Positions 47,859 to 57,166 of a stretch of DNA of 64,000 bases are shown here, one piece after another (position 1 is the stretch's first letter; each line of letters starts with the position of its first letter). The notes beneath the pieces were generated by a model, which saw nothing but the letters and a program-made list of their open reading frames with translations, made no database searches and was not told the origin of the DNA. The DNA lies in the UHGV virus genome UHGV-0222911. One strand, 5' to 3'. A program made the position numbers and the translations under genes. The stretch is from a virus.

Positions 47859-50225
47859 ATGCGCATGGTAAATGACCACGCAGAAGTGATTAAGAGTTCA
47901 ACTTCTTTAGAGACGTCTCAAGCACAGATTACAATGACACCTGAGATGTTCAGCCTTTTGAGTTCTGGTGTATATACCTTTAAAGAAAGGGCAGTGATTC
48001 GTGAACTGTCATGTAATGCAGTAGATGCTCAGAAAGAAGCTGGAAAAGAAAACATCCCGTTCCATGTGCATTTACCTACTCGATTTGAGCCTTACTTTGA
48101 AGTCCGTGACTTTGGAACTGGTTTAACCCATGACAAAGTAATGAGTTTGTATCTGAACTACGGTGCTTCTACGAAGAATGACTCTAATGACTACATTGGT
48201 GCAATGGGTATCGGCTCAAAGTCACCGTTTGCAATTGCTCAGTCATTCACAGTATCTAGCTATGTTGATGGTGTTGTTAATAAGTACTCTGTTTACCTTG
48301 AGAATGGTATCCCTCAAGTAACTAAGCTTACTACTAACCAAACAAATGAACCTAATGGTTTAGCGGTACGTGTGGCAGTTGCTGACCACCGTATCTCAAA
48401 GTTCTTTGAAGAAGCTGGGAATGTGTACTCATACTTCACTGTAAAACCAGAAAGTAATATTGAGTACGACGATGTATTAGCAGATATGAACGTCATTGCC
48501 CGTGAAGAAGGTGTTTATGATGCCATGATTCATAAGCAAAGCTGGCGTTCTAGTGGTAACAGGACAGAGTTTAATGTGGTGATGGGTAATATTGCCTATC
48601 CAGTGAACATGGAAGCATTACTTGGTGATGATTTCTTCAAAGTCTTGCCAGAGTTTTTCCGTAGGAGCGTAGACCTTGTAAACATCTACATGCCTATTGG
48701 TTCAGTTGCTATAGCAGCTTCTCGTGAAGCATTGCAGATGAATGACACGACAAAAAATGTTATCATTGAGGCTACTAAAAAGATAACTGAAGCCATTACA
48801 AAGGATGTTATCAAGAAAGTTAATAGCCAACCTACACTCATGGATGCTGCACAGGCTTATGCAGAGTTACGTTTGAACTCACGAGAGATGTTTAATGCTG
48901 TGTGTCCAAAGCTAGAGTGGGGAGGCGTTAAGCTTGATTCTCTGGAAGAAGAATTGTTAAACATTCGTCGTGGAATTATCTACGCAGAAGACGGCTCAGT
49001 CATTTATGAACGTGACGGTAAAGGCAATATTAAGGTTGATAGGAACGGGAACAATATCCCTAAAGTAGATTATCTTTATGACCCAGTTGCTTATGTCAAG
49101 TTCAACTCTTTAGAGAGTAAGATTCGTGCAACAGCACTTTCCTACACTCAAGAGGCAAGCATGTTCAATATCTTTGGTGCAATGCGTAAAAGCCAAATTG
49201 AACAGTTTTTGTTCGTGATTAATGACCGTCGCAATAAAAACGGTACTGAGAAGACTGTAGGACGCAATCAAATTTTGCGTGGTGCATGTCGAGACTACGC
49301 CAGTGAGTCAAATCTGTTTCACAGATACAATGGTATTGTCTTTGTATTCTCTACAGAGAAAGAGCTAGATGACTTAATCAATCTGCACAAACTTGATAAA
49401 AGCTTGTTAAAGATTGTGAAGATGTCTGATAAGGAACATCACTATCAGCGTAAAGAAGCTGTAAGAGGTGTTGTAAAACTCTGGAAAGCTGTTCCAGCAG
49501 AAGGTGTAGCTTCCTATAAAGAGGTTTCAGAGGACTTTGATACAATTGAAGAACCTCAGCTTTACATTAAGGCAGTTGGTGACACAGTTGACGGTGAATG
49601 TTTTTGCTCATCTCCAGAAGATGTAGCCAAGTCAGTTGCTAATGTTATAGGGAAGACAGTCTATGTTTTCCGAAAAGCAAATTGGAAAAAGATACCAGAA
49701 GACTGGATTGAAGTAGACGAGAAACTCTTGAACGACAGCTTAACTGACGTTCACTGGATTAACCATAACAGATATATGACACGTATCTATATGAATGGTG
49801 TCCTCGACCTTACAAGCAGTTGGATTATTGCCAGAAACTTTACGTTCAATAACAGGAAGATTTCTCGTGGCTATTGCTATTCACGAGACACAAACAAAAC
49901 TATCTTCTTAGAAGGCAATGAAGATGCTGTTGAGGCAATGTTTGGTAAAATCCAATACGTTGCTGCACCGTTTGCATACACTTACACTATTAGTAGATTG
50001 CAAACTTTGAAAGAATGCCTTGACAATGATACAAAACTGTACAAGAAAATTAAGAAAGCTGGTGACCGCATGGTCATTAAGGTGACAAACTACCTTTCAA
50101 AAAGAAAACAAGAAAACTTCTTGCTTTCACACTTAGATTGGAATAAAGTGTCACCCATCGAAGTGAGTAAGTTCTTAGGCTTTGATGTGAAGTGTGTTCC
50201 AGAAGGGACTACAATTTACGATTAA
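47859..50225 (+). CDS. rIIA-like protein
   Basis: 788 aa; N-terminal GHKL/HATPase-like motifs (NAVDA, EVRDFGTGL, GAMGIGSKS) as in T4 rIIA. Confidence 0.6.
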   Translation: MRMVNDHAEVIKSSTSLETSQAQITMTPEMFSLLSSGVYTFKERAVIRELSCNAVDAQKEAGKENIPFHVHLPTRFEPYFEVRDFGTGLTHDKVMSLYLNYGASTKNDSNDYIGAMGIGSKSPFAIAQSFTVSSYVDGVVNKYSVYLENGIPQVTKLTTNQTNEPNGLAVRVAVADHRISKFFEEAGNVYSYFTVKPESNIEYDDVLADMNVIAREEGVYDAMIHKQSWRSSGNRTEFNVVMGNIAYPVNMEALLGDDFFKVLPEFFRRSVDLVNIYMPIGSVAIAASREALQMNDTTKNVIIEATKKITEAITKDVIKKVNSQPTLMDAAQAYAELRLNSREMFNAVCPKLEWGGVKLDSLEEELLNIRRGIIYAEDGSVIYERDGKGNIKVDRNGNNIPKVDYLYDPVAYVKFNSLESKIRATALSYTQEASMFNIFGAMRKSQIEQFLFVINDRRNKNGTEKTVGRNQILRGACRDYASESNLFHRYNGIVFVFSTEKELDDLINLHKLDKSLLKIVKMSDKEHHYQRKEAVRGVVKLWKAVPAEGVASYKEVSEDFDTIEEPQLYIKAVGDTVDGECFCSSPEDVAKSVANVIGKTVYVFRKANWKKIPEDWIEVDEKLLNDSLTDVHWINHNRYMTRIYMNGVLDLTSSWIIARNFTFNNRKISRGYCYSRDTNKTIFLEGNEDAVEAMFGKIQYVAAPFAYTYTISRLQTLKECLDNDTKLYKKIKKAGDRMVIKVTNYLSKRKQENFLLSHLDWNKVSPIEVSKFLGFDVKCVPEGTTIYD

Positions 50226-50230
50226 AGTGT

Positions 50231-50260
50231 TTGACAAGGGGCTTCAAAGCCCCTTAGAAT
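50231..50260 (+). promoter_or_regulatory. sigma70-like promoter with hairpin in the spacer
   Basis: TTGACA - 18 nt (contains GGGGCTT caa AGCCCC) - TAGAAT. Confidence 0.45.
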
Positions 50261-50304
50261 AGCCTTACAAAATGATTTATTAACTAACAAGAGAGAGTAA
50301 TAAG

Positions 50305-51413
50305 ATGACTACTAAAACTAAAGCACAGATTGACGCAGAAATTTACGAACTGGTTAAAGAAGGTAAGCTGACTAAAACAGCTATTGCACAGAAGTTCAAT
50401 ACTTCAACCCGTTCAGTTGGTCGTGCTGTAGAGCGTCATGAAGCAACCTTAAAAGGTAAGAAGAAGGCGACTTCTACACCAGCTAAGAAGACCCTAAAAC
50501 AAGTTGCTAAGTCAGTTAAAAAGAAAGCTGACAAACCAGTTGAAAAGGCCGTTAAAGACGCTGTACAGAAAGCTCCAGTAAATAAACTGCATGAAGCTAT
50601 GCAGAAAGATGACAAGATTGAGTACATGATTACTGGTGACTCTGTAATTATGACTTACGGTTCAGAATCTGAAATTGTTGAGTCTACTCATCCGAACTAT
50701 CAAGAGATTGTAGTTCATGTTGTGAAAGGTGAGTTCAAGAAAGCATTTGAACTGATGAACATTCGTAAGTCTATCGAAAACTTCACTCAGGGTGCTATCA
50801 CAATCAAAGGTGACAAGCTCTTCTACGGTGCTGTTGAGATGCGTTCTACTCTGGTTGACCGTATTCTTCACATGATGAAAACTGGTGATAAAGGTTTTGA
50901 ACGACTTGTAATGTTCTTCGAAAAACTGATGGAAAACCCATCTAAAGATTCTGTAGAACAACTTTGGGGATTTGTATCTCACCTTGATGTTGAAATTGAT
51001 GAAGAAGGTTACATCATTGGTTGGAAGAAAGTCTCTACTCGTGAAGGCAAGCTGGTTGACTCTCACACCTACAAAGTGCCTAATGATTTGGGTAACATTG
51101 TAGAGATGCCACGTTGGATGGTTGATAACAACCGTAACGTAACTTGCTCTCAAGGTCTTCATGTTGGCGCTTGGATTATGTTCGTTGCTTCTCAGGTGAT
51201 ACCATCCTGAAGGTTCGTGTCCATCCACGAGATGTTGTATCCGTACCAACTGATTACAACGATATGAAGATGCGTTCCTCTCGTTATGAAGTTGCAGCAA
51301 TCGTTGATAATCAACGTAAAGTGCTGAAAGCATGGGATGGTAAGACTGAAGCTTTGCATGTCATCGTTGGCACTGCTGGTGAACTTATCTCTCAACGTAA
51401 ACGTGAAATCTAA
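50305..51413 (+). CDS. rIIB-like protein candidate, split by an apparent -1 frameshift near 51180-51210
   Basis: ORFs 50305..51210 and 51144..51413 overlap by 67 nt in different frames and read as one protein; Lys-rich segment near N-terminus; rIIB identity only from position after rIIA-like gene. Confidence 0.3.
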
Positions 51414-51429
51414 TAAGTAATTTCTTAAA

Positions 51430-51456
51430 AGGCTGCTTCGGCGGCCTTTTTTATTT
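51430..51456 (+). terminator. UUCG-tetraloop terminator
   Basis: GGCTGC TTCG GCGGCC followed by TTTTTTATTT. Confidence 0.55.
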
Positions 51457-51513
51457 GTATTTTGTGCAGAGTGCTGTATAATTGTTGTCACGATAAACTA
51501 AACAGGAGAACCA

Positions 51514-52062
51514 ATGAAGAAATTGATTCTAGGCTTGTGCTTAATGTTTACAGCACACTTATCTTATGCAGTTGACTGCCCAGAGCTATCAATTAGCCAA
51601 AAAGTTAACATGTTAAAAGCTTACCAGTATGGTGAGAATAATATGGGGAAAGGCTGGGGTATTACTCTAGCAGCTATAGCCTTACAAGAGTCAGAGTTAG
51701 GTCTGAAGGTAGAGAATAAAAAGACCCACGACTATGGTATTTTCCAGAATCACTTGAAGACTGTTGTAAAGCGTAACAAAATTAGTCCTAATGTGGCTAA
51801 AAAGAAACTCTTAAAAGATTTTGACTATGCAGCAAAAGAGACACATAAAGAGCTTGAGTTTTGGACTAAGGTACATGGTCACCCGAAGTCAAAGAAGACT
51901 TTACAAAAAGTTTTAGCATCATATAATGCTGGGTATTCGTACAAAATCCCTAAAGCTAAGAAATACTCTCAAGATGTCTATAACAATATGAAAGTTATCG
52001 CTCAATGTGAATTTGCAACAAACATTTCTAAGGTAAATCATGAAAAAATTAAGAAAGTCTGA
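51514..52062 (+). CDS. secreted lytic transglycosylase (SLT domain) - endolysin candidate
   Basis: 182 aa; signal peptide MKKLILGLCLMFTAHLSYA; SLT-like motifs AIALQESELGL...DYGIFQ and SYNAGYS. Confidence 0.5.
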   Translation: MKKLILGLCLMFTAHLSYAVDCPELSISQKVNMLKAYQYGENNMGKGWGITLAAIALQESELGLKVENKKTHDYGIFQNHLKTVVKRNKISPNVAKKKLLKDFDYAAKETHKELEFWTKVHGHPKSKKTLQKVLASYNAGYSYKIPKAKKYSQDVYNNMKVIAQCEFATNISKVNHEKIKKV

Positions 52063-52735
52063 TGAAGTCCTGTGCCATGCTTATGACTTGCATCCTCATG
52101 AGTTAGGTCTTGATTCCTGTGTATGGACTCCAGAACAGTGCAGGGATTTTGAAGACACTGCAAGAGAAGTTGTATGTTCACTTGAAGAGTTCCACACATC
52201 AGAACCAATTGTGAACGTTGTGGACAAAGAGACTGGACAAACTATAGGTGTAAGGCGCGATAGTTTAGTCATAGTCAATAAAGACCTTGTAGAAAAAGGT
52301 AACCTCATCTTAGCAGATATTGATGGTGTTCTTACAAATTTTAATCACGAAGATTGCTCAACGGAATTGACTGATGGGTCATTCTCACAGTACACTAATC
52401 TTCTTGATTCTGTAAGAGCAAAGCCAACATATGTTTTCAACATTATTGATGCAATTGCAAATCATGCAGCAGTTGGACTCTTGACAGCAAGAGGTGAATC
52501 TCAGAGAATACCTACTGAGATGTTTTTAAGGCACAATATAGAGCATGATTACTTGCTTTTTATGCGTGGTTTTGGAACTAACTCTATAAGTGCAGAAAGT
52601 TTAAAAGTGAGGATGATTCAGTCTTGCATTCTTCCTTATTTTAATATAGTATGCTTTATAGAAGATACAGAGAATAATGTTCAGAAGGTAAACAGAATCC
52701 TTCCACACATTAAAACTATGTTAGTTAAACATTGA
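52040..52735 (+). CDS. HAD-superfamily phosphatase-like protein
   Basis: 231 aa; HAD motif I LILADIDGVLT. Confidence 0.4.
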   Translation: MKKLRKSDEVLCHAYDLHPHELGLDSCVWTPEQCRDFEDTAREVVCSLEEFHTSEPIVNVVDKETGQTIGVRRDSLVIVNKDLVEKGNLILADIDGVLTNFNHEDCSTELTDGSFSQYTNLLDSVRAKPTYVFNIIDAIANHAAVGLLTARGESQRIPTEMFLRHNIEHDYLLFMRGFGTNSISAESLKVRMIQSCILPYFNIVCFIEDTENNVQKVNRILPHIKTMLVKH

Positions 52736-53211
52736 GAGAAGAACTTATGAACAATATCATTACGGTAGCACTGGACGATACGGCAAACAAATCTGAAGTA
52801 GTTCGTAAAATGATTCAAGGTAACTTTGAAGGTAAAATTTTCCGTGCTGTTAATGTAAAAGCTGATGGCAGTATTCGTGAATATCGTGCATTGTTGAATG
52901 TTAAGAAGCACGTAAAAGGTGCTGGTTCAACGACTGCACACAAAGAAAACCTGATGACTATCTATGATATGGGTAAGGCTTCAGAGTTAGGTGCTGAAGG
53001 TATCGTTAAAGAAGGTGCTCCATATCGCTCTTTCAATCTGGAAACTACCCTTATGCTTTCCTTTACGAGTGGTTCTAAAACAATCACTTATCTCTTTACT
53101 GATGCTGCAACGGTATCTGCTATTAAGGATAGCACTGTCAAAGCTGGCGTAGTTGCTGCTGCAAAAGCTTCTTCGATGGCTGCAAATATCCTTGCTAAAG
53201 TCCTCGGTTAA
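52732..53211 (+). CDS. hypothetical protein
   Basis: 159 aa ORF followed by terminator. Confidence 0.4.
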   Translation: MREELMNNIITVALDDTANKSEVVRKMIQGNFEGKIFRAVNVKADGSIREYRALLNVKKHVKGAGSTTAHKENLMTIYDMGKASELGAEGIVKEGAPYRSFNLETTLMLSFTSGSKTITYLFTDAATVSAIKDSTVKAGVVAAAKASSMAANILAKVLG

Positions 53212-53224
53212 GGTTAAGATACAG

Positions 53225-53246
53225 GCTCCTTCGGGAGCCTTTTTCA
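53225..53246 (+). terminator. UUCG-tetraloop terminator
   Basis: GGCTCC TTCG GGAGCC followed by TTTTTCATTT. Confidence 0.55.
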
Positions 53247-53263
53247 TTTCAGGAGATTGTTAA

Positions 53264-53611
53264 ATGACATTTAAAGAGTTCTGTCAAGCTACTTTCATAA
53301 TTGTTTTCTTAGTTGGGGCAGGTGTCTGGGGAGGATACTCTTACAGAGACTACCAAGTTGCTGAAGCTGAGTTAAGCAATGAGAAACTAATAAGTATTGC
53401 TAAAGACGCTTATCAGGAAGGTTTAGCCACACTGAGCACCAATTACAAAAATGATTTGAAAGATGTGCTTGCTAAGAATAAGCATACAAAAGAGGTACTA
53501 ACATATGAAAAAACTAAGCCAGAGTTTTATAATGTTTGTGTTACTGATAATTATGTCAGGGTGTTCAACGAACAAAGTGAACAGTACATTCAAAAACTCC
53601 CAAGTAAGTGA
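53264..53611 (+). CDS. i-spanin-like protein (Rz-like)
   Basis: 115 aa; N-terminal TM (FIIVFLVGAGVWGGY) then coiled-coil-like region; overlapped by lipoprotein ORF in another frame. Confidence 0.45.
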   Translation: MTFKEFCQATFIIVFLVGAGVWGGYSYRDYQVAEAELSNEKLISIAKDAYQEGLATLSTNYKNDLKDVLAKNKHTKEVLTYEKTKPEFYNVCVTDNYVRVFNEQSEQYIQKLPSK

Positions 53612-53774
53612 GAGTGATAAGTACACTCAAGAAGATTCAAGATTCACTATCAAAGGTAATACTGGTAGTGATGTGGCAGCAGCCCTTGAGTTCTATCGTG
53701 ATGGATTTTACCAGTGCACAATCAAAGCTAATAGCCTTATTGATATGATTTTATTAGGAAATAAACAGCAATGA
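53505..53774 (+). CDS. o-spanin-like lipoprotein (Rz1-like)
   Basis: 89 aa; lipobox LLIIMSGC; starts inside the 3' part of the preceding gene in a different frame. Confidence 0.45.
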   Translation: MKKLSQSFIMFVLLIIMSGCSTNKVNSTFKNSQVSESDKYTQEDSRFTIKGNTGSDVAAALEFYRDGFYQCTIKANSLIDMILLGNKQQ

Positions 53775-54040
53775 CAGAGAATGAAGATACTTTTTACGTA
53801 GAAGGGTACTTACTGTTACCGCGACCAAAAGAAACTTATATGAGAATTGACTTCATACCAACCATTATGGATAATGTGATGTGTCATATCTTTATGCAGG
53901 GTGTCACAGCACAGCTTAAGCATGTTGGTAAAGAGTGCAGAATAAAGGTTGACACTCATCCAGAAATCAAAGAGAATCACTACACATGGTTCTTACCAGA
54001 CTCTAAAGAAATCTTAGCAGTTCTTAAAACGAGGAAGTAA
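53771..54040 (+). CDS. hypothetical protein
   Basis: 89 aa ORF. Confidence 0.4.
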   Translation: MTENEDTFYVEGYLLLPRPKETYMRIDFIPTIMDNVMCHIFMQGVTAQLKHVGKECRIKVDTHPEIKENHYTWFLPDSKEILAVLKTRK

Positions 54041-54042
54041 CT

Positions 54043-54366
54043 ATGCAGATTAATGGAAGAGACTTTGTAGCCGTTTACTACGAGAAAGGTAAAGAAGTTG
54101 GCGTAGCGCAAGTATCTTATGGCAATGGTGGGTGGCTATATGGAACAATCGCAGTAGTTGGAACGAGAAGTGATACAAAAACTTTTAAAGATTGTGTTGA
54201 CCTTCTTGAAGAATCCATTCAGAATCATTGGTGTCTGATATGGATGACTGACAACGAAGTGATAGAACGCTTCAAAAAGATTGATATCAACATTGATAGT
54301 ATTGAGCATGTTGATTTATATGAGCTAACTGAGAAGGTAAATTATGAAAGCTCTAGAAATAGTTGA
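54043..54366 (+). CDS. hypothetical protein
   Basis: 107 aa ORF. Confidence 0.4.
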   Translation: MQINGRDFVAVYYEKGKEVGVAQVSYGNGGWLYGTIAVVGTRSDTKTFKDCVDLLEESIQNHWCLIWMTDNEVIERFKKIDINIDSIEHVDLYELTEKVNYESSRNS

Positions 54367-54571
54367 CAAAGATACTGGAGAAGTCATCTCTGCATGTGTT
54401 TTCGTGAGCGATGATACAGTGATACCATTTTACAATCTTGATGGTTTTAGTTTTACAGGGATAACTCCAGAAGAATACTTTGAAGACCTCACCTTTGCCA
54501 GAGTATCTATAGATACATTCTATAAATGTTTCTATGATGAAGGTAAAGAATTACGAGAAACTGAACTATAA
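54344..54571 (+). CDS. hypothetical protein
   Basis: 75 aa ORF. Confidence 0.35.
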   Translation: MKALEIVDKDTGEVISACVFVSDDTVIPFYNLDGFSFTGITPEEYFEDLTFARVSIDTFYKCFYDEGKELRETEL

Positions 54572-54582
54572 GGTGTATATTC

Positions 54583-54783
54583 ATGGCTGACTTCTGCAAA
54601 GACTGTTCTATAGAAATGTTTGGACGTGATACAGGTGACTTAAAAGGTCTTATCACTGAAGATGACTTTAAAGCTGGCTATGCAATGCCAGTAATCTGTG
54701 AAGGTTGTGGATGTATCTGGGTAGACCACGAAGGACAACGTGTAAAACCTTCAGAAGATAAAGAATCTTGGGAGAGATGTTAA
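54583..54783 (+). CDS. small Cys-containing protein
   Basis: 66 aa; CKDC...CEGCGC. Confidence 0.35.
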   Translation: MADFCKDCSIEMFGRDTGDLKGLITEDDFKAGYAMPVICEGCGCIWVDHEGQRVKPSEDKESWERC

Positions 54784-55569
54784 ATGGGTATTGTAAAAAT
54801 CATCAATGGCGATATCTTTGCCGCATTTGATAAAGGTAAGTTTGACATCATTGGTCACGGTTGCAACTGTATGAATTTAATGGGCGCAGGTATCGCTGAC
54901 AAGATTTCTAAACTTTACCCAAAAGCATATGAGACCGATACAGAGGTTTATCTATATGCAGGTGGCATAGGTCACAAACCTTGTGAAAATTTACTGGGTA
55001 ATTTCTCTGTAGCACGTTTAAAACAAGGTCGTATAGCTAACCTTTACACTCAGCTTAAGACTGGTAAAGATGCCCGATACAGTGCTTTAGAATCATCTTT
55101 GAAACAGCTTAACAGATACTGTGAAGTTAATCAGTTGAGGAAAGTTGGTTTACCTATGATTGGTGCAGGTATCGGTGGGTTGGACCCTCAAGCCGTCACA
55201 GTTATCATCAATCAGGTGATGAAGAGTGTAGATGTTTATCTATATGTCTATGAAGGAGAGATGTACCACAAGTTACGCTCAGGTTGGAAGAACTACTGTG
55301 AACCAGAATACTTTGCAGGTGTAGTTGTGTTCACGGATAATGCAGTTACCCTCTTCAGACGAAGAAAAGGTAAGATACATCAAAGTAACCCTCCGGTTGA
55401 GAAGATGTCTCTAAGTAACGCTCTAGTTACCCACCTGTCGAAGAGCAATCACAGGATAGCCGTAACATTTGGCAGTGATGCAGATACATATATTTATGCA
55501 AGAACTGATGAGGATATCGAGACGGTCTTCTCTTCACCGGAAGTTACCTTCTTAGACGCAAAGAACTAA
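54784..55569 (+). CDS. macro-domain (ADP-ribose binding/processing) protein candidate
   Basis: 261 aa; N-terminal IINGDIFAAF...DIIGHGCNCMNLMGAGIADKI resembles macro-domain core. Confidence 0.5.
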   Translation: MGIVKIINGDIFAAFDKGKFDIIGHGCNCMNLMGAGIADKISKLYPKAYETDTEVYLYAGGIGHKPCENLLGNFSVARLKQGRIANLYTQLKTGKDARYSALESSLKQLNRYCEVNQLRKVGLPMIGAGIGGLDPQAVTVIINQVMKSVDVYLYVYEGEMYHKLRSGWKNYCEPEYFAGVVVFTDNAVTLFRRRKGKIHQSNPPVEKMSLSNALVTHLSKSNHRIAVTFGSDADTYIYARTDEDIETVFSSPEVTFLDAKN

Positions 55570-55639
55570 GAAACTCTGTATAATATTCACAATAGACTAA
55601 GCCTTTCTTATCTGGTAAATTTTTCAGGTAAGGAGGGCT

Positions 55640-55823
55640 TTTTCATTTCAAGATTGTGCAGGTAGAGTTCTGTAGAGAAATCTGTAGAGAGAATTTTGAA
55701 CTCCAAAGAGAAAATTCATTTTCAAACTGTGCAGGTAATCTCCAAAGAGTTTTTTCATTTTCAAAACGTGCAGACCCCGCTCAGGTCGGGCAAGAAAAAT
55801 CATTTTAGAATTGTGCAGGTAGG
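55640..55823. repeat. four direct repeats of ~CATTTTCAAAnTGTGCAGGTA in ORF-free region
   Basis: Copies near 55640, 55714, 55752, 55798; followed by C-rich tract CCCCTCTCCCCCTCTTACTCCCCCTCTCCCC at ~55826-55876. Confidence 0.6.
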
Positions 55824-55997
55824 TTTTTATAGACAGCCAGCCCAGCCCCTCTCCCCCTCTTACTCCCCCTCTCCCCAAAAGTCAAGAGAAAAATTTGTAG
55901 CGGATTGAAAAATAATTCTTGATTGTAGTTCTGTTTTGTGGTAGTCGCGTGCGCCCGTTTCATTACAGTTTTTTCAAAAATATTTTTAAAATTTTTC

Positions 55998-56026
55998 TTG
56001 ACTCTTTGGATATGGTTATCTAATAT
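55998..56026 (+). promoter_or_regulatory. sigma70-like early promoter (module A1)
   Basis: TTGACT - 17 nt - TAATAT, then hairpin GGGGAGGGAATGACCTTCCCC at 56037-56057 and conserved leader to ATG 56093. Confidence 0.6.
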
Positions 56027-56092
56027 TTGCATCAACGGGGAGGGAATGACCTTCCCCACTAAACAACTAACCTTAAACTAGGAGATTCAAAA

Positions 56093-56473
56093 ATGGCTTA
56101 TCGTGCACCGAAATTCATCAACAAAGACAACTTTCGCAACGTACTGGAGAAGGCACTTGATGAAAAATTTAACGGTAAAATGATTGTTGTTCACGCATTC
56201 AATTTTAAGTATGATATCAACGGGAATAAAATCAACCATTACACGGCTACAATGCTAGATGGTACTCTTTCAAGTGAAAAATCCATTCTCCATGCACTGG
56301 CAGGACGTGGAAAGGTTTTAGTAAGATGTGATAAGCGACGTTATCAAGGTGGCGCATATGGTTATGATGATGCTGTTTACCATCTTGAAAATATGGGCTA
56401 TTCAGTGGAGAAAGCTGGAGCGCCTCAAATAATCGGTAGTGATGGTTATGTGACAATCTTCAAAATTAAATAA
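56093..56473 (+). CDS. early-region small protein (unknown)
   Basis: 126 aa; ATG 8 nt after GGAGA SD in conserved leader. Confidence 0.5.
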   Translation: MAYRAPKFINKDNFRNVLEKALDEKFNGKMIVVHAFNFKYDINGNKINHYTATMLDGTLSSEKSILHALAGRGKVLVRCDKRRYQGGAYGYDDAVYHLENMGYSVEKAGAPQIIGSDGYVTIFKIK

Positions 56474-56559
56474 AGTACTTTACAGGGGGCTTATAGTTCG
56501 ATAAAGTAAGCCCCAGATAAAGAGCTTTACCACTAAATCCTAAATTGGAGAACTTAAAA
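56471..56559 (+). promoter_or_regulatory. conserved intergenic module B1 (hairpin + shared leader)
   Basis: TAAAGTACTTTACA + hairpin GGGGCTTA/TAAGCCCC (56486-56514) + AGATAAAGAGCTTTACCACTAAATCCTAAATTGGAGA..ATG. Confidence 0.55.
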
Positions 56560-56850
56560 ATGGCTATTATCAAAAACGTTGTAATTCCTGCAAAAACTCG
56601 TGACGACGCTCGTATCATGGCGAAAAAGTTAGGCGGAAAAGTGGTTGACAACGGAAAACAATCCACTGTAAGATGGGGCGTGAAGACTGATAAGCAGTTG
56701 AAGTTAAAAAATTCACCAATAAACCTTTTTACATGTGTAAACACTATCGGGAAGGCAAATGTATACACGAAAAAGGCATATATTAGACGCGTAGCCTTAA
56801 CATCCCCCATTCGTACAATGAGAGGCCATGCAAAGCTGAAAATTAACTGA
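56560..56850 (+). CDS. early-region small protein (unknown)
   Basis: 96 aa from ATG placed by conserved leader (longest ORF starts 56545). Confidence 0.5.
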   Translation: MAIIKNVVIPAKTRDDARIMAKKLGGKVVDNGKQSTVRWGVKTDKQLKLKNSPINLFTCVNTIGKANVYTKKAYIRRVALTSPIRTMRGHAKLKIN

Positions 56851-56938
56851 TAAAGTACTTTACAGGGGGCTTAAAAGTTGGTATCTTAAGCCCCAGATAA
56901 AGAGCTTTACCACTAAATCCTAAACTGGAGATTCAAGA
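56851..56938 (+). promoter_or_regulatory. conserved intergenic module B2
   Basis: Same module; hairpin GGGGCTTAA/TTAAGCCCC at 56866-56894 with compensatory changes relative to B1. Confidence 0.55.
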
Positions 56939-57151
56939 ATGAACATTAATCAAAAACTGAAAACCGCCTCACAAGTCCTATTCACAGATGATGACTATTT
57001 CAATAAAGACCTTACAGGTTTGAAATCTCTCAAAGAGATTAAAGAGCGCATGAAAATTTATGGAAAACCTCGGTTAGTTGGTGTATTCTCTAACTGTTAT
57101 GTTTATCAGCTTAATGGTCATTACAATTTTACGATTACTATTTTATCCTAA
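56939..57151 (+). CDS. early-region small protein (unknown)
   Basis: 70 aa. Confidence 0.45.
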   Translation: MNINQKLKTASQVLFTDDDYFNKDLTGLKSLKEIKERMKIYGKPRLVGVFSNCYVYQLNGHYNFTITILS

Positions 57152-57166
57152 ACTGGAGATTCAAAA

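Noticed and set aside
51144-51210. Programmed -1 ribosomal frameshift joining 50305..51210 and 51144..51413
   Set aside because: No slippery heptamer or obvious downstream structure in the overlap; a sequencing indel or real mutation is more parsimonious
55648-55908. ORFs 55648..55878 (-) and 55696..55908 (+) in the iteron/C-rich region
   Set aside because: They overlap each other on opposite strands, cover direct repeats and a polyC tract that gives Pro/Gly-rich low-complexity translation, and have no SD
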